Below are positions 45,471 to 45,539 of a stretch of DNA of 45,539 nt, in pieces. Position 1 is the stretch's first letter. Every line of letters starts with the position of its first letter. The stretch comes from Rikenellaceae bacterium. Lineage in GTDB: Bacteria > Bacteroidota > Bacteroidia > Bacteroidales > Rikenellaceae. The notes under the pieces are model-generated. The model was not told the DNA's origin and did no database searches. It saw nothing but the letters and a program-made list of their open reading frames with translations. The stretch is taken from contig JAWXTO010000001.1 in the NCBI GenBank assembly GCA_044433545.1, forward strand, positions 1 to 45,539. Reading direction: 5' to 3'. The translations under genes and the position numbers were made by a program.

Positions 45471-45510
45471 GAAAGCGAGTTTTGAAGCCCTCTGGGCGTA
45501 CTTTTTCAAA
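45471..45510 (+). repeat. probable degenerate copy of repeat family B (B3)
   Basis: GAAAGCGAGTTTTGAAGCCCTCTGGGCGTACT resembles AAGGCGAGTTTTGGGGC in B2 and GCAGCGTACT in the reverse complement of B1. It lies near the window edge. Confidence 0.4.
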
Positions 45511-45539
45511 AAGTATAAAACTTATTATAAAAGGCGGGA

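Noticed and set aside
41249-45539. tRNA-Val-targeted genomic island with att repeats
   Set aside because: I found no integrase and no direct repeat of the tRNA 3' end (GGTTCGAATCCTATTGTTCCCA) downstream. A conserved rhomboid gene with its own terminator lies between the tRNA and the accessory module.
1-45539. CRISPR arrays, rRNA genes, transposases, integrases, prophage genes
   Set aside because: No regularly spaced repeat-spacer array and no recognisable recombinase, transposase or phage structural motifs appear in any listed ORF. The only repeats are the single-copy dispersed elements reported above.

Overview
AT-rich 45.5 kb chromosomal segment, most likely from a member of Bacteroidota. 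Supporting evidence: exact TAnnTTTG (-7) promoter boxes sit just upstream of the tRNA and the SRP RNA, almost no gene has a Shine-Dalgarno sequence, there are many lipobox lipoproteins, and one lipoprotein looks like the 6-bladed beta-propeller type. About 44 CDS are supported, and most are conserved housekeeping genes: guaA, recX, prmC, ribD, apbE, smpB, U32 peptidase, rdgB, uvrC, trxB, oxyR, queD, polA, lgt, tadA, aspS, folA, thyA, rsmI, mltG and a rhomboid protease. There is one tRNA-Val(TAC), and one small SRP (4.5S-like) RNA that the ORF track does not show. I found no rRNA, CRISPR array, transposase or integrase. The best candidate for something undescribed is the right-hand end (about 42.36-45.33 kb). 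After the rhomboid terminator, one promoter box precedes a same-strand module made of an orphan 60-aa ORF, a standalone protein with a JAB/MPN-type (E...HxH...SxxD) metal site, and three tandem paralogous signal-peptide proteins. The JAB-like gene carries a textbook AAGGAGG ribosome-binding site, which is out of character for this genome. The paralogs have a carboxypeptidase-regulatory-like sequence pattern. The second theme is non-coding. At least three families of dispersed intergenic repeats occur in the window. One is a roughly 70-nt long-hairpin element sharing a 31/31-nt identical core with a copy 29 kb away, one is a 105-nt element with 20-nt terminal inverted repeats, and one is a conserved imperfect palindrome placed 3' of genes. 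They cluster around the accessory genes at both window edges. All product calls come from motif recognition by eye. No database search was run.
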